Positions 17,488 through 26,945 of a stretch of 64,000 bases of DNA are shown here, piece after piece. The notes beneath the pieces are model-generated. The model was not told where the DNA came from, did no database searches, and saw only the letters and a list, made by a program, of their open reading frames with translations. Each line of letters begins with the position of its first letter. Position 1 is the first letter of the stretch. The stretch lies in NCBI GenBank assembly GCA_964522435.1, contig CAZFUL010000003.1, positions 57,542-121,541 of the forward strand. The letters are read 5' to 3'. The DNA comes from an uncultured Gammaproteobacteria bacterium. GTDB taxonomy: Bacteria; Patescibacteriota; Patescibacteriia; Magasanikbacterales; UBA922. A program made the position numbers and the translations under genes.

Positions 17488-17943
17488 TTAACATTCTTCC
17501 CATCGACTGTCGTTTGCTGTCTCTCGAGCAAGACGAGGAGTACGACAGTTTGCGCACACAATAGAACAGTCTACCCAACTGTCTGTGTGGATATTCGGGT
17601 TTTCCGTGGCAAACGTTATGGTAGCAACAAGTGCGTTGCTTTTGCCACACCCTGAACACAATTTTTTCGCGTACGCGCGATATTTTTTATACCATGGCAC
17701 GTAGCCTTCTCCTTTTTCTCTTGTTTGCGCAAGTATGCAGGGATATACACTGTTTGTCAACAAGAGAAGGTATTCCTGTACACTGTCTCTGTGTGTGAAG
17801 ATCAAGCCTTGATTGTGTAAGAGCGTGTATGCTAAAGTGACTTCATTATGCACCATATCGACCATATCCGTCTTCATAAAACATCCCTCGACATGCGTTG
17901 GGCAATACTTCGATGTATGCGAGAATGGTTTTGGCAACAACAC
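17488..17943 (-). CDS. Hypothetical cysteine-rich protein with C-terminal CxxC...CxxC zinc-ribbon-like motif; start probably internal (~17877)
   Basis: 151 aa in ORF track; CSGCGKSN...CSIVCANC; 5' end overlaps divergent epmA, so an internal Met start is more likely. No family recognized. Confidence 0.35.
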   Translation of the reverse strand: MLLPKPFSHTSKYCPTHVEGCFMKTDMVDMVHNEVTLAYTLLHNQGLIFTHRDSVQEYLLLLTNSVYPCILAQTREKGEGYVPWYKKYRAYAKKLCSGCGKSNALVATITFATENPNIHTDSWVDCSIVCANCRTPRLARETANDSRWEEC

Positions 17944-18879
17944 TTTATTGAAGTAGAGACACCAATTATATTAGGTTTGCCTGGTCAAGAACCCTACCTA
18001 TCTCCCATGGAACTCACGGTGCATAATGAGCAGGGGAGAGCTTTTTCTGCGTATTTACACACCTCACCAGAATATACATTAAAAAAAATGTTGGCAGCAG
18101 GATATACCAACATTTTTTCGCTTACAAAAACATTTCGTGACTATGAATCATTTGGTGGAACACACAATCCAGAATTTACGATGATTGAGTGGTATCGGAC
18201 AAATGCAACTATTGTTGATCTCATGAATGATGTTGAACAGTTGATGAGACAAGTGTGTAGTTATATAGGACAACACTATCCTGAACAGCAAGAACGATTA
18301 GAATTTATCAATCTGCCACAGGGTATACGGCGAGTGTCTATGAAAGAATTGTGGCAAGAAACAATACAAATAAATTTAGATGAGTATCTAACAACAGAAT
18401 CGTTATATACCCTTTCTATTTCTAAAGGGTACCATCCGCAAAAAGAAGAACGATATGAAGATGTCTTTTATCGCATATTTTTAAACGAAATTGAACCCAG
18501 ATTATCATCTATGGGGGTAGTCATGCTGCATCATTATCCAGCACAAATGGCAGCTTTGTCTCGTTTATCTCCAGATGATTCCCGGTATGCAGAACGAGTA
18601 GAGGTGTATATCGATGGGATAGAATTAGCAAATGGGTTTAGTGAATTAACTCATGCGCAGGAACAACGAGATCGTCTTGTAAGAGAACAACAACACAGAA
18701 AAGAGCTAGGAAAAACGGTATACCCAATTGACGAGGAATTTATTGCCGCCGTTCAACAATTGCCTTCTTGCGCGGGGATTGCCTTGGGAGTTGATCGTTT
18801 AGTGCAGCTCGTAACTGGTTGCAAAAATATTAATGACGTGTTAGTGTTACCCATGTCTCGCATGGTGGATTCTGTATAA
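17848..18879 (+). CDS. epmA: Elongation factor P--(R)-beta-lysine ligase (EpmA/PoxA, class II LysRS paralog)
   Basis: 343 aa; FWQQHFIEVETPII, FRDYESFGGTHNPEFTMIEWY, class II aaRS motifs, no anticodon-binding domain; immediately upstream of efp whose target loop carries Lys. Start may be at the Met of MRWAIL (17893). Confidence 0.75.
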   Translation: MHHIDHIRLHKTSLDMRWAILRCMREWFWQQHFIEVETPIILGLPGQEPYLSPMELTVHNEQGRAFSAYLHTSPEYTLKKMLAAGYTNIFSLTKTFRDYESFGGTHNPEFTMIEWYRTNATIVDLMNDVEQLMRQVCSYIGQHYPEQQERLEFINLPQGIRRVSMKELWQETIQINLDEYLTTESLYTLSISKGYHPQKEERYEDVFYRIFLNEIEPRLSSMGVVMLHHYPAQMAALSRLSPDDSRYAERVEVYIDGIELANGFSELTHAQEQRDRLVREQQHRKELGKTVYPIDEEFIAAVQQLPSCAGIALGVDRLVQLVTGCKNINDVLVLPMSRMVDSV

Positions 18880-18902
18880 ATCATGCATATTTATTTTTAT
18901 TA

Positions 18903-19478
18903 TTGTATTTTATGGCAGATACGAGTGCAATTAAAAAAGGTGCTGTTATTCAACATCAAGGTGACTTGTATGTGGTAACGGTGTTCCAATTTGTAAATCC
19001 AGGTAAAGGCGCGGCGTTTACCAAAACAAAAATGAAAAGTATTTCTACAGGTAAGACAATTGAAATTACCTATAAAAGTAGTGAATCGGTAGATGTGGTA
19101 CAGGTACAACGTCAAAATATGCAATTTTTGTATAAAACAGGCAGTACCTTTTCTTTCATGAATAAAGATACCTATGAAACAATTGACGTTTCAGAAGATA
19201 TTTTAGGTGATGATGGAGCGTATTTAAAAGAAGGGTTAGAAGTTATTGCGGTATTATATAACGATGCGGTAGTGGCAATTGACTTACCAAAAAAGATACA
19301 ATACACGGTTAAAAGTGCGCCACCTGCAGTGAAAGGTGATAGTGCAAGTGGTAATGTTACCAAAGAAATTGAATTAGAAAATGGATTAAAAGTGCAAGCG
19401 CCTATTTTTATTAAAGAAGGCGAAGAAATTTTAGTGAATACCGAAACAGGAGAATACGGTGGGCGAGTAACTGAATAA
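18903..19478 (+). CDS. efp: Translation elongation factor P (lysine-type loop PGKGAA)
   Basis: 191 aa; KKGAVIQHQGDLYVVTVFQFVNPGKGAAFTKTKMKS; three-domain length; adjacent epmA. Confidence 0.85.
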   Translation: MYFMADTSAIKKGAVIQHQGDLYVVTVFQFVNPGKGAAFTKTKMKSISTGKTIEITYKSSESVDVVQVQRQNMQFLYKTGSTFSFMNKDTYETIDVSEDILGDDGAYLKEGLEVIAVLYNDAVVAIDLPKKIQYTVKSAPPAVKGDSASGNVTKEIELENGLKVQAPIFIKEGEEILVNTETGEYGGRVTE

Positions 19479-19492
19479 TATTAATATAAAAA

Positions 19493-19521
19493 ACACCCCG
19501 ATTGAATCGGGGTGTTTTTTA
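19493..19521. terminator. Bidirectional terminator (recurrent CCCCGATTGAATCGGGG hairpin) between efp (+) and tkt (-)
   Basis: aaaACACCCCGATTGAATCGGGGTGTttttttat. Confidence 0.8.
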
Positions 19522-19543
19522 TATCCTACTACCGTAAAACATA

Positions 19544-21454
19544 CTATGTGCGCATGATCTGTTTTACTGTGTTTGTAATTCCCACTGCATCAATCCCCGC
19601 CGCCATATAGAGATCCTCCGCGGTTCCAGATAACTGATATGCATCTACGCCCAGCATGCTGAAAGACTCTACCCTAATTGAGCGAAGCTGTAATTCTCGG
19701 GCGAGCATTGCGCCTATCCCAGAGTGCGTCGTGTGATCTTCTACGGTAATGACCCGCTTTGTTTTTTGGATAGAATCAAATAGGGTTGCATCAAATGTTT
19801 TCGGTGAACTGGCAATGATAATTTCTGCAGAGATATGTTTTTCTTTGAGGGCAGTTTGTGCACGCAGTGCCTCAATAACGATTGGCCCACTTGCCACAAT
19901 GGTGATATCTGTTCCTGTTCGTAACAGGTCACATTTCCCATAGGTATACACATAGGTGTTATCAAAAAACACCTCGCCATTTTCTTTGGTTAATACAGGA
20001 ATTTTATGTCTGCCCATGCGAACATAATAGTTTCCATAATGAGAAGCAACATAGCGAATAATTCGGTCACAATGGTTCGGATCAGCGGGCTCAATGATTC
20101 CGGTATTCAATAATCCTAAAAATGAGCCCATATCATCAATGGCTTGGTGCGTTGGTCCGTCTTCTCCTACAGACAGACCACAGTGGGTTGCCACCATTTT
20201 GACATTTGTTTGGTTGATATCATTCACCCGCGCTTGGTCTTTTGCACGACTCGTCATAAATACACCAAAAGTAGAACAAAAAGGAATTATTCCAGATAAA
20301 CTTAATCCTCCTGCACAAGAAAGCATTTGCTGTTCTGCTACGCCACAATCAATATGTTGGTTGGGCAGGGCTTCTTTTACCTGTTGTGTTTTTACTGATT
20401 CAGCAAGGTCAGCCGTAAGGGCAATAATTTGTTTATTTTTTTGAGCAATATCCAAAAGAGCATTACCATATGCGCTACGGCAATCAGTGAGTGTTTCTTT
20501 TTCATATAGGCGAGGTGTTTCTATTGAAAGAGTTATTTTTTCCCCGATTGGAGAAACTGTTGGTGTTTTTGGTTTCCATTGGATATTTTTTCTCCAAGAT
20601 GTAATCAGATTTTTTTCCTTATCTGTTATTGCATTTTGTGTGAGCCAAGAAGTTGCAAGTTCTTTTGGAGGTGCTTTTCCATGCCAGGTCGCTTTTCGTT
20701 TTTTTCCTTGCTCTTCCATAAACGAAACACCTTTTCCCATAATAGTATGGCCAAGTAACAGTGTTGGACGACGTGTTTCTTTATAAGCAGCCTGTAAGCC
20801 ATGCCACATGTCTTGCATATCATGACCGTTTACTTCAATAACCTGCCACCCTGCAGCAGTCCACTGTTTTTTGGGATTAATCGGCATGATCTGTTTTATT
20901 CCATCAGAGAGTTGTACTTGATTATAATCCATGAAGACAATTAAATTGTGTAATTTATATTTATGAGCAAAGTTCATCATTTCATAGACTTGTCCTTCTT
21001 GAGACTCGCCATCACCAACAAGGGCGAATACTTTTTTTGGTTCTTTCTGTGACTTATATGTTTCTGCTAAGGCAAAGCCAGTGGCTGCAGAAACGCCAAC
21101 ACCAAGCGGACCGGTTCCATACCATACTCCCTTCACATGACGGGTCACATGGCCTTCATAAGGAAAACCAAATTGACGAAATCCGTCACGTAATTTTTTT
21201 CCTGATATATAGCCCGCTTCTGCAAGAATAGCATATGCGGCAGGAGAAATGTGTCCATTTGAAATAACAATTTTTTCACCGCTGACAGAAATAATTTGTG
21301 TATATAAGAGTGCTAGGTAATCAATACAACTCAAAGATCCTCCTGGATGACCGCTTTGTGATTGCACGAGCATATCAATAATTCGCTGTCTGCAAGAACG
21401 GGCGACAAGCTCACTAAGCTGCTGTTGTTTTTTTGATAATGGGGGAAGTGTCAT
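19544..21454 (-). CDS. tkt: Transketolase
   Basis: 636 aa; GHPGGSLS, TPP-binding GDGESQEG, transketolase pyrimidine-binding and C-terminal domains. Confidence 0.85.
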   Translation of the reverse strand: MTLPPLSKKQQQLSELVARSCRQRIIDMLVQSQSGHPGGSLSCIDYLALLYTQIISVSGEKIVISNGHISPAAYAILAEAGYISGKKLRDGFRQFGFPYEGHVTRHVKGVWYGTGPLGVGVSAATGFALAETYKSQKEPKKVFALVGDGESQEGQVYEMMNFAHKYKLHNLIVFMDYNQVQLSDGIKQIMPINPKKQWTAAGWQVIEVNGHDMQDMWHGLQAAYKETRRPTLLLGHTIMGKGVSFMEEQGKKRKATWHGKAPPKELATSWLTQNAITDKEKNLITSWRKNIQWKPKTPTVSPIGEKITLSIETPRLYEKETLTDCRSAYGNALLDIAQKNKQIIALTADLAESVKTQQVKEALPNQHIDCGVAEQQMLSCAGGLSLSGIIPFCSTFGVFMTSRAKDQARVNDINQTNVKMVATHCGLSVGEDGPTHQAIDDMGSFLGLLNTGIIEPADPNHCDRIIRYVASHYGNYYVRMGRHKIPVLTKENGEVFFDNTYVYTYGKCDLLRTGTDITIVASGPIVIEALRAQTALKEKHISAEIIIASSPKTFDATLFDSIQKTKRVITVEDHTTHSGIGAMLARELQLRSIRVESFSMLGVDAYQLSGTAEDLYMAAGIDAVGITNTVKQIMRT

Positions 21455-21480
21455 AAGCCGTGCAGATGCGGAGCAAGAAG

Positions 21481-21801
21481 TTAAAATAAGGCTGATTGTC
21501 TTTGTTGTTGAAGAAGGTAGGTAACAAGAATCGCTGCATGGATGAGAACAATAAGAAATAACACGAACTGAAAGCTGATTTTTTTTGTTTTGTGACGAAA
21601 GAGCATCATCGCAGCGATAGCACCTAAACTACCGCCAATAAAAGCAAAGAACCACAGTGTTTTTTCTGATACCCGTCGTCTCGCTCCATAGGATAATGAT
21701 TTATCTGCCCCATACAGAAAAAACGTAACCACATTGATAAGGATACTATAGATAATAATGCTTTGTGTCAGTAGGGTAAACTCTTGAAATGCTAATGGCA
21801 T
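21481..21801 (-). CDS. DUF1294-family membrane protein
   Basis: 106 aa; YGADKSLSYGARRRVSEKTL and three hydrophobic segments match the DUF1294 pattern. Confidence 0.5.
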   Translation of the reverse strand: MPLAFQEFTLLTQSIIIYSILINVVTFFLYGADKSLSYGARRRVSEKTLWFFAFIGGSLGAIAAMMLFRHKTKKISFQFVLFLIVLIHAAILVTYLLQQQRQSALF

Positions 21802-21804
21802 AGA

Positions 21805-22371
21805 TTACTCAGTATCATCGGAAGCAAGATTTGGGTAATGAAATTTACGATCTATATGAGAAAATTGAATAAGATCTTCTCGTATCTTATTTGGACGGTA
21901 AATATTTTTAAAGACAATATGCACATTATTTGACGCTGTTTTTACGGTAACGGTGCCATAATTAAATACTGTTGCAAATAGGCCGTGTACGTCTGTGGTA
22001 ACATCTTGGATACGAAATAAATCCAGTTCAGATATGGTCCGAGAAAAAAGGCCCAATTGTTCCACATCAACGATACGATCATTCGTTACTACCCACATAT
22101 CAAGATAGAAAATAATGAATTGTTCATAAAAAAATAAAAGAATACCAAGATAATAAATACTTGCAAATAATACACTACAGGTAAAAAATATTTCATTAAA
22201 AAAGAGGGTTGGGAAGAGGGATTGAAAAATAAAATAGACAATAGGGATCGTAGAAATAAGGAGAAGAAAGAGGAGTATTTTGGGTAAAAATGTTATTGGA
22301 TGGCGACGCAAAACATACTCAACTTTTTCATATGATTTTTGTTTAATAAGGTGTGAGACATTCATATACAA
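21805..22371 (-). CDS. Membrane protein with bacterial PH (bPH_2/YdbS-like) domain
   Basis: 188 aa; two N-terminal TM helices then YYLDMWVVTNDRIVDVEQLGLFSRTISELDLFRIQDVT typical of the membrane-flanked PH domain. Confidence 0.5.
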   Translation of the reverse strand: MYMNVSHLIKQKSYEKVEYVLRRHPITFLPKILLFLLLISTIPIVYFIFQSLFPTLFFNEIFFTCSVLFASIYYLGILLFFYEQFIIFYLDMWVVTNDRIVDVEQLGLFSRTISELDLFRIQDVTTDVHGLFATVFNYGTVTVKTASNNVHIVFKNIYRPNKIREDLIQFSHIDRKFHYPNLASDDTE

Positions 22372-22375
22372 AAAA

Positions 22376-22654
22376 CTAAAAAGAAGAAGAGGAAGTAAAT
22401 ATCGTAGATAGCCATGCAGGGTTAAATAAGGTAATGCCGTTTTTCCAATCTATTCCTGCGCCATTTAAGAGCGTTATGGTGACATATAATATCAGTGCGG
22501 TAGCGGAAAATGCAAAAAATGTCATGAAAAAACTCCCAATAGTAAATGAGGCGGTTGATATAATATGATAGAGCATGATGAGCATGAATATCGCAAACAC
22601 CGCTAATGCCAAAATATAGAGAAAGAGGAATATATACAAGGGAAGCGTAATCAT
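22376..22654 (-). CDS. Small hypothetical integral membrane protein
   Basis: 92 aa, three hydrophobic helices; sits between ruvB and the bPH gene on the same strand. Confidence 0.35.
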   Translation of the reverse strand: MITLPLYIFLFLYILALAVFAIFMLIMLYHIISTASFTIGSFFMTFFAFSATALILYVTITLLNGAGIDWKNGITLFNPAWLSTIFTSSSSF

Positions 22655-22668
22655 ACAAAACCGATGAG

Positions 22669-23859
22669 TTAGGAGAGAATATGCTGGTGTGCGAGTATGG
22701 TCGCAATGCGACCGCGAGGGGTTCGCTCTAACATGCCTATTTGCAATAAATAGGGTTCATAAATAGTTTCTATCGTATCAATATCTTCCGCAATAGAAGC
22801 AGAAAGTGTCTGAAGACCAACTGGACCACCTTGAAATTTATGAATAATCGTTGCGAGGAGCTTTCTATCGATAGGGTCGAGTCCGTGGGTGTCTATTTGT
22901 AAAAGAGACAGCGCGTTTATTACTAAATCATCGGTAATTATACCATCTGCTGTTACTTGTGCATAGTCACGGACGCGTCGTAGTAACCGGTTGGCAATAC
23001 GCGGGGTATGACGAGAGCGAGAGCCAATTAATGATGTCGCAGAAGAAGGAATAGTAATACCTAAACGAGAAGCATTTTTTTGAATAATCGTATCAATTTC
23101 TGATGGTGTATAAAAATCTAAATGAAATAAGTGGCCAAAGCGGTCTCTAAGCGGGTTGGAGAGGAGATGTAATTTCGTGGTTGCGCCAACTAAGGTAAAG
23201 GGTTCTACCGGCATGCGAAGGGTTTTTGCTCCAGGGCCTTTTCCTACAATAATATCAATCGCATAATCCTCCATGGCAGTATACAGTACTTCCTCAATGG
23301 TTCTATTAATACGATGGATTTCATCAATAAATAATACATCACCTTTTCCTAAATGAGAGAGAATCGCCGCCAAATCTCCCACTCGCTCTAAGGCTGGGCC
23401 GGCCGTAATGGTCATATGTGCCTCCATTTCTTTTGCAACAATACTCGCCAGAGTTGTTTTTCCTAATCCAGGATTCCCATAAAGAAGCAGATGTTCCATG
23501 GGCTCTTGTCTTTTTTTTGCTGCCTCCATAGAGATCGACAGGGGACGTTTTACCTGTTCTTGACCAATAAAATCAGCCAATCGTTCTGGACGCATGGCAT
23601 AATCATGTTTTATTTCTTCTGGCTGTGTTTTTGCGGTCACGATCCGCTCTTCGTCAAGAAGCTCCGATTCATCAAAAATCATAAAGATAAAGAAGGAATA
23701 GCTATACGGGCTCATCGTACCATAGCTTGAGTGATATGGAAACAGGGATATAGATAAAAAATTGTCTGAGAGAGTTGTTTTTTTATACGAAATCGCAGGC
23801 ACTTTTTTAGGGTTGTATGTTTCTGTGGATAACATGCGGATACGATTATTTTGCGACAT
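22669..23859 (-). CDS. ruvB: Holliday junction ATP-dependent DNA helicase RuvB (true start probably near 23682)
   Basis: RPERLADFIGQEQVK, Walker A GNPGLGKTT, Walker B VLFIDEIHR, sensor and winged-helix regions; the first ~60 codons of the ORF (low-complexity Ser/Tyr/Phe) look like leader read-through. Confidence 0.85.
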   Translation of the reverse strand: MSQNNRIRMLSTETYNPKKVPAISYKKTTLSDNFLSISLFPYHSSYGTMSPYSYSFFIFMIFDESELLDEERIVTAKTQPEEIKHDYAMRPERLADFIGQEQVKRPLSISMEAAKKRQEPMEHLLLYGNPGLGKTTLASIVAKEMEAHMTITAGPALERVGDLAAILSHLGKGDVLFIDEIHRINRTIEEVLYTAMEDYAIDIIVGKGPGAKTLRMPVEPFTLVGATTKLHLLSNPLRDRFGHLFHLDFYTPSEIDTIIQKNASRLGITIPSSATSLIGSRSRHTPRIANRLLRRVRDYAQVTADGIITDDLVINALSLLQIDTHGLDPIDRKLLATIIHKFQGGPVGLQTLSASIAEDIDTIETIYEPYLLQIGMLERTPRGRIATILAHQHILS

Positions 23860-23952
23860 TTTTTTACTGCTTGGTTGTGCATATTTTAATGAAATAGGGT
23901 TTATTCTGGTCGCATGTATGTGAATGTGTTATACTACGTATCCAACGTTGAA

Positions 23953-24000
23953 ACACAATATATCGTGGTGTATATATAAATATGACACTATATATAGTAA
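23953..24000 (+). promoter_or_regulatory. Two candidate NrdR boxes (ACACaATATATcGTG and ACACTATATATAGT) spaced ~32 bp, upstream of nrdA
   Basis: Palindromic ACAC-N-ATATAT-N-GTGT-like 16-mers at 23953-23971 and 23985-24000 in the 220-bp leader of the ATP-cone-containing RNR operon. Confidence 0.45.
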
Positions 24001-24080
24001 TTTATAACGTTTCGTAAGGGGCTGTTTTCATTAAAGCAACAGCACTTTATCGCTCTCATTCACTCTCTTTATTTTATTGT

Positions 24081-26927
24081 ATGGCCCTCACCAGTACTAT
24101 TACGCGTATTGTTAAAAGAAACGGTTCTGTTGTTCCGTTTGAACCGTCTAAAATTAGTGTTGCAATGGAAAAAGCGTTTATTGCCACACGGGGGAGTGTT
24201 GTTCCTGAAGAGCTGCATCGCTTGTTAGTGGCGGTGCTTGGTTTTGCGGAAAATCATTTTGGTGAAAATACGCCAACGGTGGAAGATCTTCAAAATATTG
24301 TTGAAAAAACCCTCATGGAAAACAATTATTTTGATGTGGCAAAACATTATATTATCTATCGCTACGAACACACCAAACAACGCGTAGAAAAAAAACAAGA
24401 AATGGTGAAAAAAATTGAGAGCGGTGGGTTGTATGTCATAAAAAGAAATGGTGATCGGGTGCCATTTTCCATGGAAAAATTGAAAAAAAGTATTCGCTAT
24501 TTTGTTACTGGATTTGAAGACGTGATTAATATCGATGTTATTGCAGAACACTGTCGCTTAGAATTGCATGAAGATATGCCAACAAGAGACATTACTCGTT
24601 CTCTTATTATGATCGTTCGTTCTCTCATAGAGCAAGATCCAGCATATGCTAAAGTAGCGGCACGATTATTACTTGATCAATTAAATAAAGATATTATTGG
24701 CAATGATGTTGTTGATTTTACCCAAAAAGATGCTCAGCTTCGTGCGGCTTTCCCAGAAGCTATTCGTAAAGGGGTTGCTTGTGGTCGCCTTGACCCACGC
24801 TTACTCGCTTTTGATTTATCTGCCCTTGCAAAAGAGTTAGTCTTTGAACGAGACGATGTCCTCGACTACATGGCCATGCAAACTTTAGCTGAACGCTATT
24901 TTGTTCAAGATCCTGTGAGTAAGGCAGTTTTTGAAAATCCTCAATTTTTTTGGATGCGTGTGGCTATGGGCTTGGCCTTGTCTGAAAAAAAACGAGAAGA
25001 ATGGTCAGTTTCGTTTTATCATGTTATGTCTGACATGAAATATACGCCTTCTACCCCAACGTTATTTCATGCGGGAACAACCCATCCTCAAATGAGTTCT
25101 TGCTACTTAAACACGGTAGAAGATTCATTAGATCATATTTTTAAAGTGTTTTCTGACAATGCGCAACTGTCTAAATGGTCTGGGGGTATTGGAACAGATT
25201 GGACAAATTTGCGTGGAACGGGTGCACTTATTCGTGGAACAGGGGTAGCTAGTCAAGGAACCGTCCCATTTTTGAAAATTGCCAATGACACGACCGTTGC
25301 TATTAACCGAAGTGGAAAACGACGTGGAGCAACCTGCGCGTATATGGAATTATGGCACTGGGATGTAGAAGACTTTTTGGAATTACGTAAAAACACTGGA
25401 GACGAACGACGCAGAACTCACGATATGGATACCGCGTTATGGATTCCAGATTTATTTATGGAACGTGTACGCACCAATGGTAAATGGACCTTATTTTCTC
25501 CAGAAGAAACACCAGAATTACATCATGTGTATGGACAAGAATTTGCTCGTCGATATGCAGAGTATGAAGAAAAAGCAGCAGCGGGAGAAATTACTTTATC
25601 AAAAACCTTAGACGCAAAAGATTTGTGGAAAAAGATGGTGACCATGTTATTTGAAACAGGTCATCCATGGATGACCTGGAAAGATCCAAGTAATGTCCGT
25701 TCTCCACAAGATCATGTTGGTGTTGTCCATAACTCTAACTTGTGTACAGAAATTACCTTAAACACCTCAGCAGAAGAAACAGCGGTGTGTAATTTAGGCT
25801 CTGTAAATTTTGCGAGTCATGTGGTTAATGGTGTGTTTGATCACGCTCTCGTACAACAAACCGTTCGTCTTGCGATGCGCATGCTTGATAATGTCATTGA
25901 TTTAAACTTTTACCCAACAAAAGAAGCGTTGTCCTCGAACATGCGGCACCGTCCGGTTGGCTTGGGTATCCTTGGATTTCAAGATGCCTTGTATAAGTTA
26001 GATATTCCTTTTGATAGTGAGGCAGCGGTTCGTTTTGCCGATACCAGTATGGAAATCGTTTCTTACTATGCAATTCTTGGATCATCTGAATTAGCAAAAG
26101 AACGAGGACGCTACCAAAGTTATCGTGGATCAAAATGGGATCGAAATCTCTTTCCTGTTGATACGATTGCGTTATTGGAACAAGAACGAGGAATGATGAT
26201 TAATGTTGATCGGAGTAGTACCATGGATTGGAGTATTGTTCGTGACCATGTTCGCCAATATGGGATGCGTAATTCTAACTGTATGGCTATTGCGCCAACA
26301 GCAACCATATCAACATTAAATGGGACAGTGCCAAGTATTGAACCTATTTACAAAAACATGTATGTAAAATCAAATCAGACAGGAGATTTTATTGTGGTGA
26401 ATGAATATTTAATTGCTGATTTGAAAAAGTTAGGGTTATGGGATTTTGAAATGCTTGGAAAAATTAAATACCATGATGGTTCTATTAAAGAAATTGCAGA
26501 AATTCCAGAAAAGATAAAAACAAAATATAAAGAAGCATTTGATGTTGATCCTCGTTGGGTTATTACGCAAGCCGCGTATCGTGGAAAATGGATTGACCAA
26601 AGTCAATCAGTGAACATTTTTTATGGGGGAAAGAGTGGAAAAGAAATTAGCGAGATATACATGTTCGCGTGGGAAATGGGGTTAAAAACAACCTATTATT
26701 TACGCAGTCTCGGTGCGTCACAAGTTGAAAAATCAACGGTTGATACCAAGCAATATGGATCAACACATGAACGAAAACAATTTTTTGATGCAGCTCCAGC
26801 AGCAGAACCGTTATCTGTTCCTTCTGTTACCCCTGTTATGGTGGCGACAAGTACTCCTGTCGCTGCAGTATCTGCTGACCTAAAATTATGCAAGATTACC
26901 GATCCCAGTTGTGAATCTTGCCAATAA
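24081..26927 (+). CDS. nrdA: Ribonucleoside-diphosphate reductase class Ia alpha subunit with two N-terminal ATP-cone domains
   Basis: 948 aa; ATP-cones VKRNGSVVPFEPSKI and VIKRNGDRVPFSMEKL; catalytic Cys/Asn/Glu region NLCTEI; C-terminal redox Cys pair CESCQ. Confidence 0.9.
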   Translation: MALTSTITRIVKRNGSVVPFEPSKISVAMEKAFIATRGSVVPEELHRLLVAVLGFAENHFGENTPTVEDLQNIVEKTLMENNYFDVAKHYIIYRYEHTKQRVEKKQEMVKKIESGGLYVIKRNGDRVPFSMEKLKKSIRYFVTGFEDVINIDVIAEHCRLELHEDMPTRDITRSLIMIVRSLIEQDPAYAKVAARLLLDQLNKDIIGNDVVDFTQKDAQLRAAFPEAIRKGVACGRLDPRLLAFDLSALAKELVFERDDVLDYMAMQTLAERYFVQDPVSKAVFENPQFFWMRVAMGLALSEKKREEWSVSFYHVMSDMKYTPSTPTLFHAGTTHPQMSSCYLNTVEDSLDHIFKVFSDNAQLSKWSGGIGTDWTNLRGTGALIRGTGVASQGTVPFLKIANDTTVAINRSGKRRGATCAYMELWHWDVEDFLELRKNTGDERRRTHDMDTALWIPDLFMERVRTNGKWTLFSPEETPELHHVYGQEFARRYAEYEEKAAAGEITLSKTLDAKDLWKKMVTMLFETGHPWMTWKDPSNVRSPQDHVGVVHNSNLCTEITLNTSAEETAVCNLGSVNFASHVVNGVFDHALVQQTVRLAMRMLDNVIDLNFYPTKEALSSNMRHRPVGLGILGFQDALYKLDIPFDSEAAVRFADTSMEIVSYYAILGSSELAKERGRYQSYRGSKWDRNLFPVDTIALLEQERGMMINVDRSSTMDWSIVRDHVRQYGMRNSNCMAIAPTATISTLNGTVPSIEPIYKNMYVKSNQTGDFIVVNEYLIADLKKLGLWDFEMLGKIKYHDGSIKEIAEIPEKIKTKYKEAFDVDPRWVITQAAYRGKWIDQSQSVNIFYGGKSGKEISEIYMFAWEMGLKTTYYLRSLGASQVEKSTVDTKQYGSTHERKQFFDAAPAAEPLSVPSVTPVMVATSTPVAAVSADLKLCKITDPSCESCQ

Positions 26928-26945
26928 TTTTCTTTATTCTCCTCT

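Noticed and set aside
23683-23859. N-terminal 59-codon extension of the ruvB ORF
   Set aside because: Low-complexity Ser/Tyr/Phe sequence unlike any RuvB N-terminus. A Met at 23682 gives a canonical RuvB start, so the extension is probably untranslated leader.
24225-24551. Antisense ORFs within nrdA (24225-24551, 25894-26133, 26120-26308) and within rplA (50625-51197)
   Set aside because: Embedded antisense in highly conserved CDSs. No independent evidence.
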